From positions 62,001 through 126,000 of the IMG/VR virus record IMGVR_UViG_3300019458_000021: a DNA stretch of 64,000 nt, one strand, 5' to 3'. The position numbers were made by a program, and so were the translations under genes. The notes under the pieces were generated by a model. It had not been told where the DNA came from, ran no database searches, and saw only the letters and a list, made by a program, of their open reading frames with translations. Of this stretch, positions 28,801-35,838 are shown piece by piece; position 1 is the first letter of the stretch, and each line of letters begins with the position of its first letter.

Positions 28801-28893
28801 ACTTCCAACTATATGTGACCTTTGTCCATTCGTTGAGTTCCGTTCGGGAATCGTACTCGAGAATTGGAATTTGAGCACGCCGGACACCGGCAA
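19816..28893 (-). CDS. Giant baseplate wedge-type protein, C-terminal part (~3,000 aa; sensible frame begins ~28,700)
   Basis: 3025-codon open frame in the baseplate operon; first ~60 aa look like junk, then GGAGTEWFLY...; joins the upstream ORF by a 1-nt frameshift. Confidence 0.8.
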   Translation of the reverse strand: MPVSGVLKFQFSSTIPERNSTNGQRSHIVGSIVQQQVVCFQQQLASQHDLNLSQSKAGLLTRGGAGTEWFLYLFDKSETEARDTNYTDTFVPGFHFLVKSDLPVTNNTFTVDYSIYREGGPTDPADVQGRYMVTIVKLIEAGPAVDVFFATYPTGGGPTHLRLEPSLTSLGDTWRGYHVHWVMNTASQVTTAEGSIVGNPLLRRAIEDGDPYSFFGNPAIGPMTVGQYFQETTVTGVGVTTIPLDASFQFINETAFTINGVIVGVNGTWQITGNFASFFFPNMSFVIPDNTGGGDGIYTVLSATNVGLNTNIVVNETIPAAANASGTITTGRSLFALAGQDQLRVYVNDVRQYGQYVETTTVGTPDYTVVGTSIYTSQTFGYVTQIIFTTPLTQYDIVRIEVGPASLSDMGLQYVPVRTIEDEVTFLAAVIAGTQPEYLARETYKRNEQAKILINQYPLFNVYNVCTGEIIKASPIFSFQEDPSAPINRSVQKRITVSDGGREFGFEQFLLAEDNGQIYGYRLHDGRVQSGDYWYNTSTQVLKQWDGDAWQSLFVIQDANDRFETHAPFVGTDPPAYLVTIVNSIYYDPEQQIVFRSNGTTWSTEAQPKQDDSLLTPVVCIEGADPTLTTIWRSVPQYTNGTSGPPSDWTGGVYIPEWVDGNRNPLPVGDPTGDWEIPDQWRFNPEHHNRAVVAYSELVSHFRSIIAEQPNPFAFPGGTVSALTQGSFNYSLGGTIKEHNDSYDTLISAVNETVVTPLGIIDFAQQQYASLLLAIKELYTKNVLTMLSTINTETITDLQGFINETIQDAYEANDFYGQVYVDTSAFDNVTDIGVRHWVATVPMFALGPKTKPIVDIDSKLNIYQILHHDGHRSGIDFTAAEEDSIARILCSLPDTRVTNGTLGKISTTAPPCFMSTLPFILPPGCPLTTFVAEFGVIRNGVYWYQTIAPRVLYRFNVIAVSPVAPSSAGVPIGALYWNTTFNQLFEWNGVSWVAAAPAGEISIAWQQVDMRALLANTILSIEEQLHAVTPDFAETAFDYSSLTPDVSEQAFFDEYTEDQFFAFVAARRIRAPFENVLYNPSDAFTWNYVYSNLTTPPTFSISPGLAGSWQQLYTLWYNTPYPHLEPWKLQGFADKPDWWDAFYLETNGTRRWIYNHGTTTGMWENIRVGTIPVGGTAPDGSPGTGLPGQVTLVYNYFSVNISDGVIQGNYAPDDLLPPYYTTVSSIVRSFFTSLSTEIVAPGANYAFGDGGPVEWQWLVSGEHVYDPLVIAFRMQPVRFMHYAWGIDFIRVNNLQIDPTFCQVYNHEDALFHGDIYNNDVSFLARGLNQWYVNYDRFVGYDTNKEFRILWTAWDPLLSYQFSGIIDTSTLEVSNKYFDVGPQDYNVLLANMGVIKDMWSDAFEVVVLNMPPQLVQYNSQTQWKLEIETLASIPRDVSYYDVINYPFTVDILTNTATIFRYTITGALSVSNLLEVDGDHVTDFPPDQEFDVINSTGNDGSYTVVASIYDPSVDRTRITTLEPLPSSIANGLIDFPLSVLPWQTGDLVFVTSSKLLPAPLVPNQPLYIIRLNNRQFRVAESPNAALAGVPFVWTTTGTGDLNVGQVDSSFQVFGGAGPSTEIWYHYALDKTKVRTFIPPYSIAGIQRLINIIDGYAAYQKDIGVLYNLSDFTELDPETGRTVNWQLEEERFIDWAFRLRRTRMSVADKYQFTVTDLAANTMTFSGQVPMWQPGTAILMSSTGLLPEPFIANTPYYYNPTGVSGEFRLSTTRMLNASIVDVLTNGSGVMFIAPQSRPISFPSFELNAARNNVWIDTPQGVLSDVVQGPYADIRVQQTIFDQYARPISADKLLVFREDKQSRLAMRTELPNDTVPPSISTADPYNYIHMGGAHLFIEGYEHICLFNDYTTSNQILYDSFLGLTAQRFGMDFYEKNDFSLRPTLGGYYLLGGKYRRNIEGQTVDSQNYYDTYGLKELTKVGLNSRQLLGYRAGSQPYLDLLNTNAKTQFVFYRGMIQAKGSTNAIKAYINSRRFVDAKIDEFWAWKIAQFGDVRPRVYPEIKLFASDGQVDDVRLEFLTDTEASDTAQVEADEAMGFKIVTFSNQDRWIDAPEQRVLLDNSILFLDSQVTTLTTIYASDVVPTAGEETVDMWYEKSTGFIFIWDGTQWVQTTDVPVKITTVAGDIYIQLPTFADTVRVTNRDLVVAGDLRNYTTAYMIEGTGADEFSRINSEVIRFTTTGFTDIIMIFTINPGKTKNSPAKIIDYVAGTVLTNVPMWDPARGYHSPTAVHNVDIQNAVDPALYTNTLNPNDISQQPWNQAETQTVWLDTATLAYRPYYDDVVLPDLNDRLYNWGRLADWGDVRVYQWVESQFTPEEWAATAVDETNDTAIASNDKITGTPRMTTFFRERTPISATVNVGTDEIAGVNTLSIGDEVVLVVNGTITPTRPTTGANPDLFDSLATSMTAVVTITVVPAVFETSPAIATVTFYDTPAVVPTTLTNLAIGSYDFTLAVNGGAAIDYTITITSASTTVTQLAALMQTALTGVPTTVEAVESTIVITTFDLQLPLTTTTTLAGSTKYFATLGTTSTITKLSDTENGTPFEYGTAGIGTLEVVPAFKATSWVRKPIVSQKIIPIIDGYTLPVPATFTLDSDLFASGDVVNMYVNGVVVETGLVVDNSLEISNSTSLTINDIVTVVRPIPVLTEEQITFDPDTTDDGTTHTQFKQQTEYTQRVVTIDNVTRSLFYFWVENRLNKIEDRNDALPLIQVAQQIEQIPTLYLVVQRPEDDPTLADRFGYGITFGIIYSAPWIYDQYPVIPVFYRQAIIRKAADFIRTDDRYEVRFTRDLTLRDTLDDGPTPLNLKNKHEEWLAIRRSQGANIDRRLWDRLTESLIGYKLADPSVRVPALERTLYDEISGTDTQYGLGVDQSFTDGTLSLQTVIAYLEDPNNDFYPLDINSFFATFSFDTSENIATAMDAIYNTFGTEHVNNIWFNCLLDALSVKSKYREIFKTSWVALHGIRVLEVAGIFDD

Positions 28894-30427
28894 ATGATTG
28901 CACTTGTGACTTGTGAATCCAACGGTTTTGTTGAGTCCACTGATTGCCTTCTTGAAGGGCGTTAAAGCAACTCGTGGTTAGGTCCCATAGGACGTCCCCA
29001 AGCAACTTGTCTCCGATGAACGCCGTCCAATCCTGTACAACAGCGATCCAGGTAGTGTTAGCAGGATTACGCTGGAATAGTATGTCCTGAGTTGTATCCA
29101 ACCACAATGCCAACGCTGTTGGTGCACCATTAAAAGTGATCCAGTCAGCTTCTGTTGGCTGAGCATATGGACCAAGCAACGTATACCATGGCGGCAAAGT
29201 CTCTTGATTGTCATCCCACAACGCTAAGTCCCAACCATAATCGCCCGTACAGACGCAGTTCGTGTCTGCACGGATAATATTATGGAGCTCTGCGAGCGAC
29301 AAAATACCTGAAGCAATAGGTGTGCATGGCACCCAGTCCAAACCGTCCCAACAGAACACCTCATCTGTTGATGTGTTGACCCAATATCGACCAACGAGTG
29401 ATGGCGGTGGCTCTATAGAGCTACGAATGGCCATCGGTGATGCGTCCGGATCAAAACACACAGTTGTCTGTGATGGCACTGCATCCTCAGCACATGAACT
29501 TATGTCAATTGTGCATGTTCCATCACCAGTTGCTGTTAGCGGAATGTCTTCATTGACAAGAATTGTTGTTACACCAGCTGAAAAAGTTGTGCTTGAAACG
29601 GTGAATGTACCATTTGCACCTCCTGTATTGTCGCTAATTGTAAATGAAGCACCCACAGGAAGAACATCTCGGAAATCACCATCAATCATCCACAGGCGTG
29701 AGGTAGCGTTAACGTCGACAACAGGTGTTGTTCGTGTTGAAAGGCTGAACAACGAACTTGAAACTGTGAAGAAACGGTTCCGAATATTGATATCGTCCGT
29801 CCCTTTGATCCATACTTGGAAGCCTTCAATGAACAAACCATCGTACCGTCCGTCAATCACAACGCAATTGTTGACTACATCAATCTCGACTATTGGAAAG
29901 GTTTCGCCATACGTTTCAACCAGTGTATTGTATGCATTGAGGACGTTCTGCTGTTTGCGGCAACGGTCCTCAATCGTTAGATATTGTGGCTGGTCTGTGC
30001 GATCGTCTGGTGCCCAGTAGTAGTCGACGAAGTTGACCAACATATCGATATTAACAGGAGGAATCCAGTTGAATTGAATCGTGTTGCCCCACTTTTGCAT
30101 GCGGTCAAAGTCAACACCCATCAACGTTAACTGCTGTTGATAGTTCTTAAACGTCATTGCCGTTTCAACACTTCCAACCTTTGTGTAGATTGTCGGCGCA
30201 AGCTGGAACGCTTGCAGTTGCGGAGTTGGCTCCGGTAGTTGACGGTTTGTCAGTGATGATGGGTTCGGTTGTCCGACAAAGCCCGATAAATGTGTTGTGT
30301 CATCTTTGGTAAGATGTCGGTTGAACGACGTTTCAAATACGCTACGGTTTGTCTCCGAATGTAGAACTTCCGGAAGCAGTTCGAAGATGTTTGTGCGTGG
30401 CTGATTGTCGTGATCGCTTTTACTCAC
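28670..30427 (-). CDS. Giant baseplate wedge-type protein, N-terminal part
   Basis: GTG 30427 after SD GAGGA and ATAAATA (30454-30460); LLPEV..SETN...F and NIDMLVNFVDYYW motifs; frame shifts at a G-run near 28,701-28,709. Confidence 0.8.
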   Translation of the reverse strand: MSKSDHDNQPRTNIFELLPEVLHSETNRSVFETSFNRHLTKDDTTHLSGFVGQPNPSSLTNRQLPEPTPQLQAFQLAPTIYTKVGSVETAMTFKNYQQQLTLMGVDFDRMQKWGNTIQFNWIPPVNIDMLVNFVDYYWAPDDRTDQPQYLTIEDRCRKQQNVLNAYNTLVETYGETFPIVEIDVVNNCVVIDGRYDGLFIEGFQVWIKGTDDINIRNRFFTVSSSLFSLSTRTTPVVDVNATSRLWMIDGDFRDVLPVGASFTISDNTGGANGTFTVSSTTFSAGVTTILVNEDIPLTATGDGTCTIDISSCAEDAVPSQTTVCFDPDASPMAIRSSIEPPPSLVGRYWVNTSTDEVFCWDGLDWVPCTPIASGILSLAELHNIIRADTNCVCTGDYGWDLALWDDNQETLPPWYTLLGPYAQPTEADWITFNGAPTALALWLDTTQDILFQRNPANTTWIAVVQDWTAFIGDKLLGDVLWDLTTSCFNALQEGNQWTQQNRWIHKSQVQSFAGVRRAQIPILEYDSRTELNEWTKVTYSWKYRPTTSGVFSATTSQPTRLELEPVKGWIADQGWGRHRMVLVLV

Positions 30428-30491
30428 GTAGTATGTCCTCTGATTTGCTCCAGTATTTATCAAGAGGAACCCTACTATTATTCCACTGATT

Positions 30492-33400
30492 TTAACCGTT
30501 TAAGCGCAAATTGATTGCATTATATGCAGGGACAATCAAGACGTCATCAACCGTAATGTCTGAGTAGAAAATCTCGTCCTCACGCGCGACCACCTCGAAC
30601 ATATCACCAAACTGGTTTTGCTCGAACAACGGGACGAGAACAACAGAACTGATGTCAACTGGTAATGCAGAGTGAATAGCAGCTGCCAATTCTGTGAAGA
30701 AGAATGTTTCACCGAACTCCCACGAAGTAATGTCGAAGAAGTTTCGAACCGTCGCAACAATCGTTGTTTTGATTTCATTGTCTGTGAGTAGCGCATTTTC
30801 CGACTTGATCACCTTCAACTGTGCTTGCAGCTGTGGAATTGCGTTTGAACCAAATAACAGCTTGAGGCGGCCAGGACGCAAAACGACGGTATCAGAAATC
30901 ATTGCATTGTCCAGCAAGTAGTTGTACGACGTGCGTAAATCAAGTGGGGTGGGTAATGGGGGTAACGACAACTCATTCTCGAGCGCCCGCTTCAGTTCTG
31001 TGAAGTAACCTTTTGTAATGATCATCATGTCGATGATGTTGCTTGCAGCCGGATCAACTAAGTGGTATCGTGGCGAACGATGGAACCAGGCAAAATTGAA
31101 GTCATCACGACCATTGTTTCGCTTCCACAAGTCTGTTGCAGCTAATTGGTCTTCAATGTAAGACGTAATCGTCTCAAACGACGTTGGAGCCGGTACATAC
31201 GGATCTGCCAACGTCAGACGCGAAAAGTATACGTAGTCCTTCACAGAAATCGTTACTTCTGTGTTTCCGCCCATGTTCAACACAAGCACAGTATCAACAA
31301 TCTGATTGGCGACAAGAGATCCTTCTTGCCAATCAACGGGCGTCGCAAGAGGAATGATGTTGCCACTTACCGTCACGTCACTTTGACCTGTGATGTAGAG
31401 AATTGGAACCGTCACTGTTGTTCCTGAAGCTGTTGCAGTTGAACTGCCAACGGTCGGTGTCTCCAGGGACAGGAAATTTGTTAACGATGAAAACAACGGC
31501 GGTGCACCATCAACGATGCTTACGGTCGATAGTGCGCCAAACGTGTTGCTCATTATGACAAGAGATCCGTCAATGATCGCCGCATATCCGTTACCGAGTA
31601 AATCGGCATTGATGTCAGTGATCAGGTTTGTATACAGGTACGTTACAGGTGTCACCACTGTAACGCTCACTGGATGCGGAACACCATCCAGTGTGATGGT
31701 GGCATTGTACGTGCCCGCTAGTGCAAAAGGCTGTCCTGTGTCAGAAATATCAATTGTAAACGTGACTTCTTGTTGGCCAGTAACTAACGTGATCAACGGA
31801 TTGATTATGTCGTTTAACATCGGATTGTCTGGTACTCGGTCACCGTTCTCATCTGCTGAGATTACGTTGAGCTTGTTAATGTCTGGCAGGCCCAGTTCCG
31901 TGCCCGAATCGATTGTTTCTTGACTCAGAACATTGAAGTTCCAGTTCTGAGTCATCAGGCCGTCACGATTGTTGTTCGCATTGGCCTGCAGAATCACAAT
32001 TTGATCATCATCTGAATTCAATGTGTCGTACTCAATCACTGACAAACCGTCGTTAGAATTCCAGAACTCGGTTGTAACACTCTGAACTATCGTACGTCGA
32101 GCATTCCGCGAAACATCGTAGATTGTTTCAAACACACTTAGCTGTTCAACGGTTATCAGCGCGTAAGTGATGAAGTCGGCTGGGTAACCAACAGTTGCAA
32201 GACCGTCAACAAAGAATGGCGGTGTACCAACGTTGGCGGGATTTGCGCTCTGCTTAACACTGTACCATTCGTTCGTTGCTGTGTTGTAATACATTTCAAA
32301 TGCAGCTGGCGCTGGAGGAGGAGCTAAGGCTGCGTTGATTCGATCGATCTCATCTTGATTGAATACTCGGCGAATGTTCGTGTTGTCAACACCATTGCTG
32401 ATCAATTGCAGATATACGTCTGTCGACGAAAGCAACGGTTCAATATACGTTGAGATCAACGTGCTTGCATCAACGACAGGTGTTGTGTTCGAGATTGTCT
32501 CATCTTCAAAGTACAGCAGTGCGTCATCACCAAACAGTTTAACGTTCTCATACGTACCGCTTGGGTCATGCCAAGTGATGTACTTACTGTCTCCGGCAAA
32601 TGTTCGGTTGAATGCTCGCAGCTTCAAAATCGAACTATCTTGCAACGGGAAGATGTTATAATCTTGTGCATTAACCATACGGTCTTGTGTGTAATAAACC
32701 GCTGGCGCAGTAACGCCAATGTGCTCGAGTTCTTCACTTGCAGATGCGTTCTGCAGTGTGTTGATCAAAGAAACTGTGAAAGTAAACGTCTGAACACGGC
32801 TGAGCGAATCAAGATATGTGAATGATAACGACTGGTTGACAATCGACGAACGAGGAATAACGATGTCTTCGTTCAAACTTGAACGAATCCAAATATCAAA
32901 CGTGCCTTTTGGAATGTCTGCGAATTCACCATCACCAAAAATCAGACGAATTTGATCGTTGACAAGCGTCTCAACTTCGTACTTGTTACGAGCGGGATTC
33001 GTGTTAAAAATCACGTTTTGAGCGTGCGCCAAGTCAACTAACTGCCACTCGCCCGACTTGATGTTTGTTGCTCGTTTGTAAGGCAATAATGCAGGCAAAT
33101 CCAATGTTACTGCTGTGTTAGGATCAATATTGTTCAACCAAACATCTGTCTCGTTAATGTTATTCGCATTGACAAGATAGATTTGATTTGGCGTAATTCC
33201 GTCAAATGTTGTGCGGAACCGTTGTATTGTACCTTGCTTGGTTAAACAGAAGAAACCTGTGGTGTCTGATTGATCACCAAGACCGTCAGTTCCGTACGTC
33301 AAGGTAAAGTTTGTGTTGTTCTGAGGACGTCGCTCAATCAGTCCTAATGCCGAGTCATGAGCGATTGGTACAAGTTCCATTGGTACTGATGTACCACTCA

Positions 33401-33998
33401 CTGTTGTCGAATATTGGAACACACCCAACGGCAGCGGCACGAGATTCACTTGGTAGAGTTCAAACACAACGTCTTGAATTTGGAATCGATCTGTAGGAAC
33501 AACCGATCCAAACGGTTGTTCAAGAACTCGGTTCATGATCAGAAGAAACTGCTGCTTCCAGTCAGGATTATTGACATCGTTCCATCGGATTGTCGTGTTT
33601 GCAAGGTTCGTACCACTGGAGTCGATCACAGGCTCGGTGGTCGTGATCGACTGAATCTTGACCAGGCCACGGGCTGGCAATGAACGATCTGCTTTGTAGG
33701 AAACCAACTTTGCCAAACGGAGAATGCTGTCACGACGTTGAGCTGTCGTGATGAAGTTTTCTTGTGCGTTTACATCGAGACGGTAAGCAATTTGCTCGGC
33801 AACATATGCAAAAGACTCGATAACAGCAATGAATTCACTACTCTCAATAAAGTCGTTGAACGTCTCAGGGAAATACAGCTGAATGTATTCAATGAGACTC
33901 TGCTTGATTGTGTTGAAATCAAACGCAGCAAAGTTGACGTTCTGGAACGCTGTGTAAACACGCTCAAACGATTCTGCTCGTGAAACTAGACGGCTCAT
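30492..33998 (-). CDS. gp6: Baseplate wedge subunit (T4 gp6-like)
   Basis: AAFDFNTIKQSLIEYI, FNDFIESSEF, AQRRDSILRLAKLVSY, FGDGEF..IP.G, TQDRMVNAQDY, FGETFFFTEL. Confidence 0.88.
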   Translation of the reverse strand: MSRLVSRAESFERVYTAFQNVNFAAFDFNTIKQSLIEYIQLYFPETFNDFIESSEFIAVIESFAYVAEQIAYRLDVNAQENFITTAQRRDSILRLAKLVSYKADRSLPARGLVKIQSITTTEPVIDSSGTNLANTTIRWNDVNNPDWKQQFLLIMNRVLEQPFGSVVPTDRFQIQDVVFELYQVNLVPLPLGVFQYSTTVSGTSVPMELVPIAHDSALGLIERRPQNNTNFTLTYGTDGLGDQSDTTGFFCLTKQGTIQRFRTTFDGITPNQIYLVNANNINETDVWLNNIDPNTAVTLDLPALLPYKRATNIKSGEWQLVDLAHAQNVIFNTNPARNKYEVETLVNDQIRLIFGDGEFADIPKGTFDIWIRSSLNEDIVIPRSSIVNQSLSFTYLDSLSRVQTFTFTVSLINTLQNASASEELEHIGVTAPAVYYTQDRMVNAQDYNIFPLQDSSILKLRAFNRTFAGDSKYITWHDPSGTYENVKLFGDDALLYFEDETISNTTPVVDASTLISTYIEPLLSSTDVYLQLISNGVDNTNIRRVFNQDEIDRINAALAPPPAPAAFEMYYNTATNEWYSVKQSANPANVGTPPFFVDGLATVGYPADFITYALITVEQLSVFETIYDVSRNARRTIVQSVTTEFWNSNDGLSVIEYDTLNSDDDQIVILQANANNNRDGLMTQNWNFNVLSQETIDSGTELGLPDINKLNVISADENGDRVPDNPMLNDIINPLITLVTGQQEVTFTIDISDTGQPFALAGTYNATITLDGVPHPVSVTVVTPVTYLYTNLITDINADLLGNGYAAIIDGSLVIMSNTFGALSTVSIVDGAPPLFSSLTNFLSLETPTVGSSTATASGTTVTVPILYITGQSDVTVSGNIIPLATPVDWQEGSLVANQIVDTVLVLNMGGNTEVTISVKDYVYFSRLTLADPYVPAPTSFETITSYIEDQLAATDLWKRNNGRDDFNFAWFHRSPRYHLVDPAASNIIDMMIITKGYFTELKRALENELSLPPLPTPLDLRTSYNYLLDNAMISDTVVLRPGRLKLLFGSNAIPQLQAQLKVIKSENALLTDNEIKTTIVATVRNFFDITSWEFGETFFFTELAAAIHSALPVDISSVVLVPLFEQNQFGDMFEVVAREDEIFYSDITVDDVLIVPAYNAINLRLNG

Positions 33999-34381
33999 TG
34001 GGACGCGCCTTCAAAGATGATGTTCAAGTTCAGATTGTCGATTAAGTTCAGTTCGATGTACAGTAATCGAGCAGAAGCAACAACTGTGTTTCGGTCTTCA
34101 TCAGGTACGATTTCCAGCTGCAGAAGCTCAACACGAGGATCAAAGTTGATCACCGTTTCAAGGTCTTCTCGCAAAATCCCAATTGTTATTTCGTCCAACG
34201 GCTCAAACGCCAAGTCTGGGATTCTTGTACCGAATGTAGGCATCATTACACGCTCTCCTCTACGTGTAAAGATGTGATTGAGTAAGTCCATCTTTACGAG
34301 TTCGAGATCTGTTAACGAGAATGTCTTGTTCTTCTCGTACTCGAACGAGGAATACCCTTTGTAAAGTCCTGATGCCATCAT
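33995..34381 (-). CDS. gp25: Baseplate wedge subunit (gp25-like)
   Basis: DLELVKMDLLNHIFTRRGERVMMPTFGT.IPDLAFEPLD...FDPRV; TAAATA at 34400-34405. Confidence 0.92.
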   Translation of the reverse strand: MMASGLYKGYSSFEYEKNKTFSLTDLELVKMDLLNHIFTRRGERVMMPTFGTRIPDLAFEPLDEITIGILREDLETVINFDPRVELLQLEIVPDEDRNTVVASARLLYIELNLIDNLNLNIIFEGASQ

Positions 34382-34410
34382 TTACTCCGAAAGTTCATGT
34401 ATTTAGTCGG

Positions 34411-35838
34411 TTATCTTCGCCAAAACTTACCGCGCGGAATCGTCTTACCACGTTCAGAACGTCCTACCTGTGTGCTTGTATAAGGAAACTCCGGATCATG
34501 TGTAAAGTCATTCTTGGTCATTGTTCGTGCCCACGGTTCGTGCGCTGGAACACGACTTGTCCACATCGCATTCTGTGAATTGGCCGTTGTTGCAACAGCA
34601 GCACTTGGACCATTGTGATGAATTGTTGGTGCTGTTTCAATGATAGCCGCACCTGCATTTTGGTGTGTAGTTCCACCGGACGTTAACTTCAGATCGGAAC
34701 CCGAACGAACATTGATCTCTTCGAGCGTATCCATGTACATGCTCTTTGATGCCCGCATCCGAATATTTTCAAGCGTTTTCACGTTGATGTCTTTCTTTGC
34801 CTGCATCCGAATTTCGCCATCGGAATACATGTGAATTCCATTCTTCGCAAACATTCGAATCGAGTCATCGCTTGTGAAGTTTATTCCTTGCTTTGCATGG
34901 ACATTGACTTTGTTGTCGGTGTAGATGTCGATGTTTCCTTCCTGATCCATCTCAATCCAGTTCTTGCCTTTGGCTGTTGCGATGTAAACACGCTCGTTTG
35001 TATCATCCATCAAAATTTGATGTCCGGAAGTGGTACGGAATCGAACTCGGCAGTTCTTTTGACTGTCGTCCATTGCAATCGCATGGAACCCAGGCGTCGT
35101 CCATGCATATGTTTCTGAATCGAGATTGCCTTCTCCAAACAACCCCTCATAATCAGGGTCCTGGCGACTAATCTGGTAACCTTGAGAGGTCGTCCACCCA
35201 TCAAACGTTACATCCTTGTCGTCAGGCACATTACTTGTTGATGTTGGCAAAGCAGAAACGTCAATTGCACTCACTGCGTTGTCTGCAACGCGTGTTCGCC
35301 ACTCAAAATTTGGCTCACTCTTTGGAAATGCCTCTCGCATGTTAACGTTAAGTGGTTCAATGTACTTTTCATCAGATGTATACGGGCCAAAAGGACGACG
35401 GTTATCAGATTTTTGCAGAGCAGGATGATCTTCATACATGAATCGACCATGCGGCATTGTGTGCGGACGGAACTGATCATAGATTCCACCAACACACACG
35501 CGCAGGTTTGGATCACCGTCAATGAACATTACGACAACTTGGGCGCCTACCTTAGGCCGCGCCCAAAATCCATAACCAACGGCACCGTCAGATGTCGTAT
35601 CGCCAGGACCGCGCGCACCGACAGTCGTGCTACCAGCAAACGGTGATACGTAAACTGCCCACGGCAAGTCTTCGATTTTCATCCGCATGTTTTCGCCAAG
35701 CGTCGCACAAACGACACGAATTCGTCCCATTTGCTGCGGGTCGTTTGTGTCAACCACCGTGCCAATTGTTACAACACCATCGAATGATGAGCGAGGTGCT
35801 GCTTCGCTTTGGTATGTGTCTAGTTGTCTTGTTCTCAT
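34411..35838 (-). CDS. gp5: Central spike / hub protein (gp5/VgrG-like), no lysozyme domain
   Basis: GTVVDTNDPQQMGRIRV OB-fold, PKVGAQVVVMF.DGD, RTTSGHQILMDD, NWIEMDQEGNI.IY, short beta-helix, RVPAHEPW. Confidence 0.85.
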   Translation of the reverse strand: MRTRQLDTYQSEAAPRSSFDGVVTIGTVVDTNDPQQMGRIRVVCATLGENMRMKIEDLPWAVYVSPFAGSTTVGARGPGDTTSDGAVGYGFWARPKVGAQVVVMFIDGDPNLRVCVGGIYDQFRPHTMPHGRFMYEDHPALQKSDNRRPFGPYTSDEKYIEPLNVNMREAFPKSEPNFEWRTRVADNAVSAIDVSALPTSTSNVPDDKDVTFDGWTTSQGYQISRQDPDYEGLFGEGNLDSETYAWTTPGFHAIAMDDSQKNCRVRFRTTSGHQILMDDTNERVYIATAKGKNWIEMDQEGNIDIYTDNKVNVHAKQGINFTSDDSIRMFAKNGIHMYSDGEIRMQAKKDINVKTLENIRMRASKSMYMDTLEEINVRSGSDLKLTSGGTTHQNAGAAIIETAPTIHHNGPSAAVATTANSQNAMWTSRVPAHEPWARTMTKNDFTHDPEFPYTSTQVGRSERGKTIPRGKFWRR

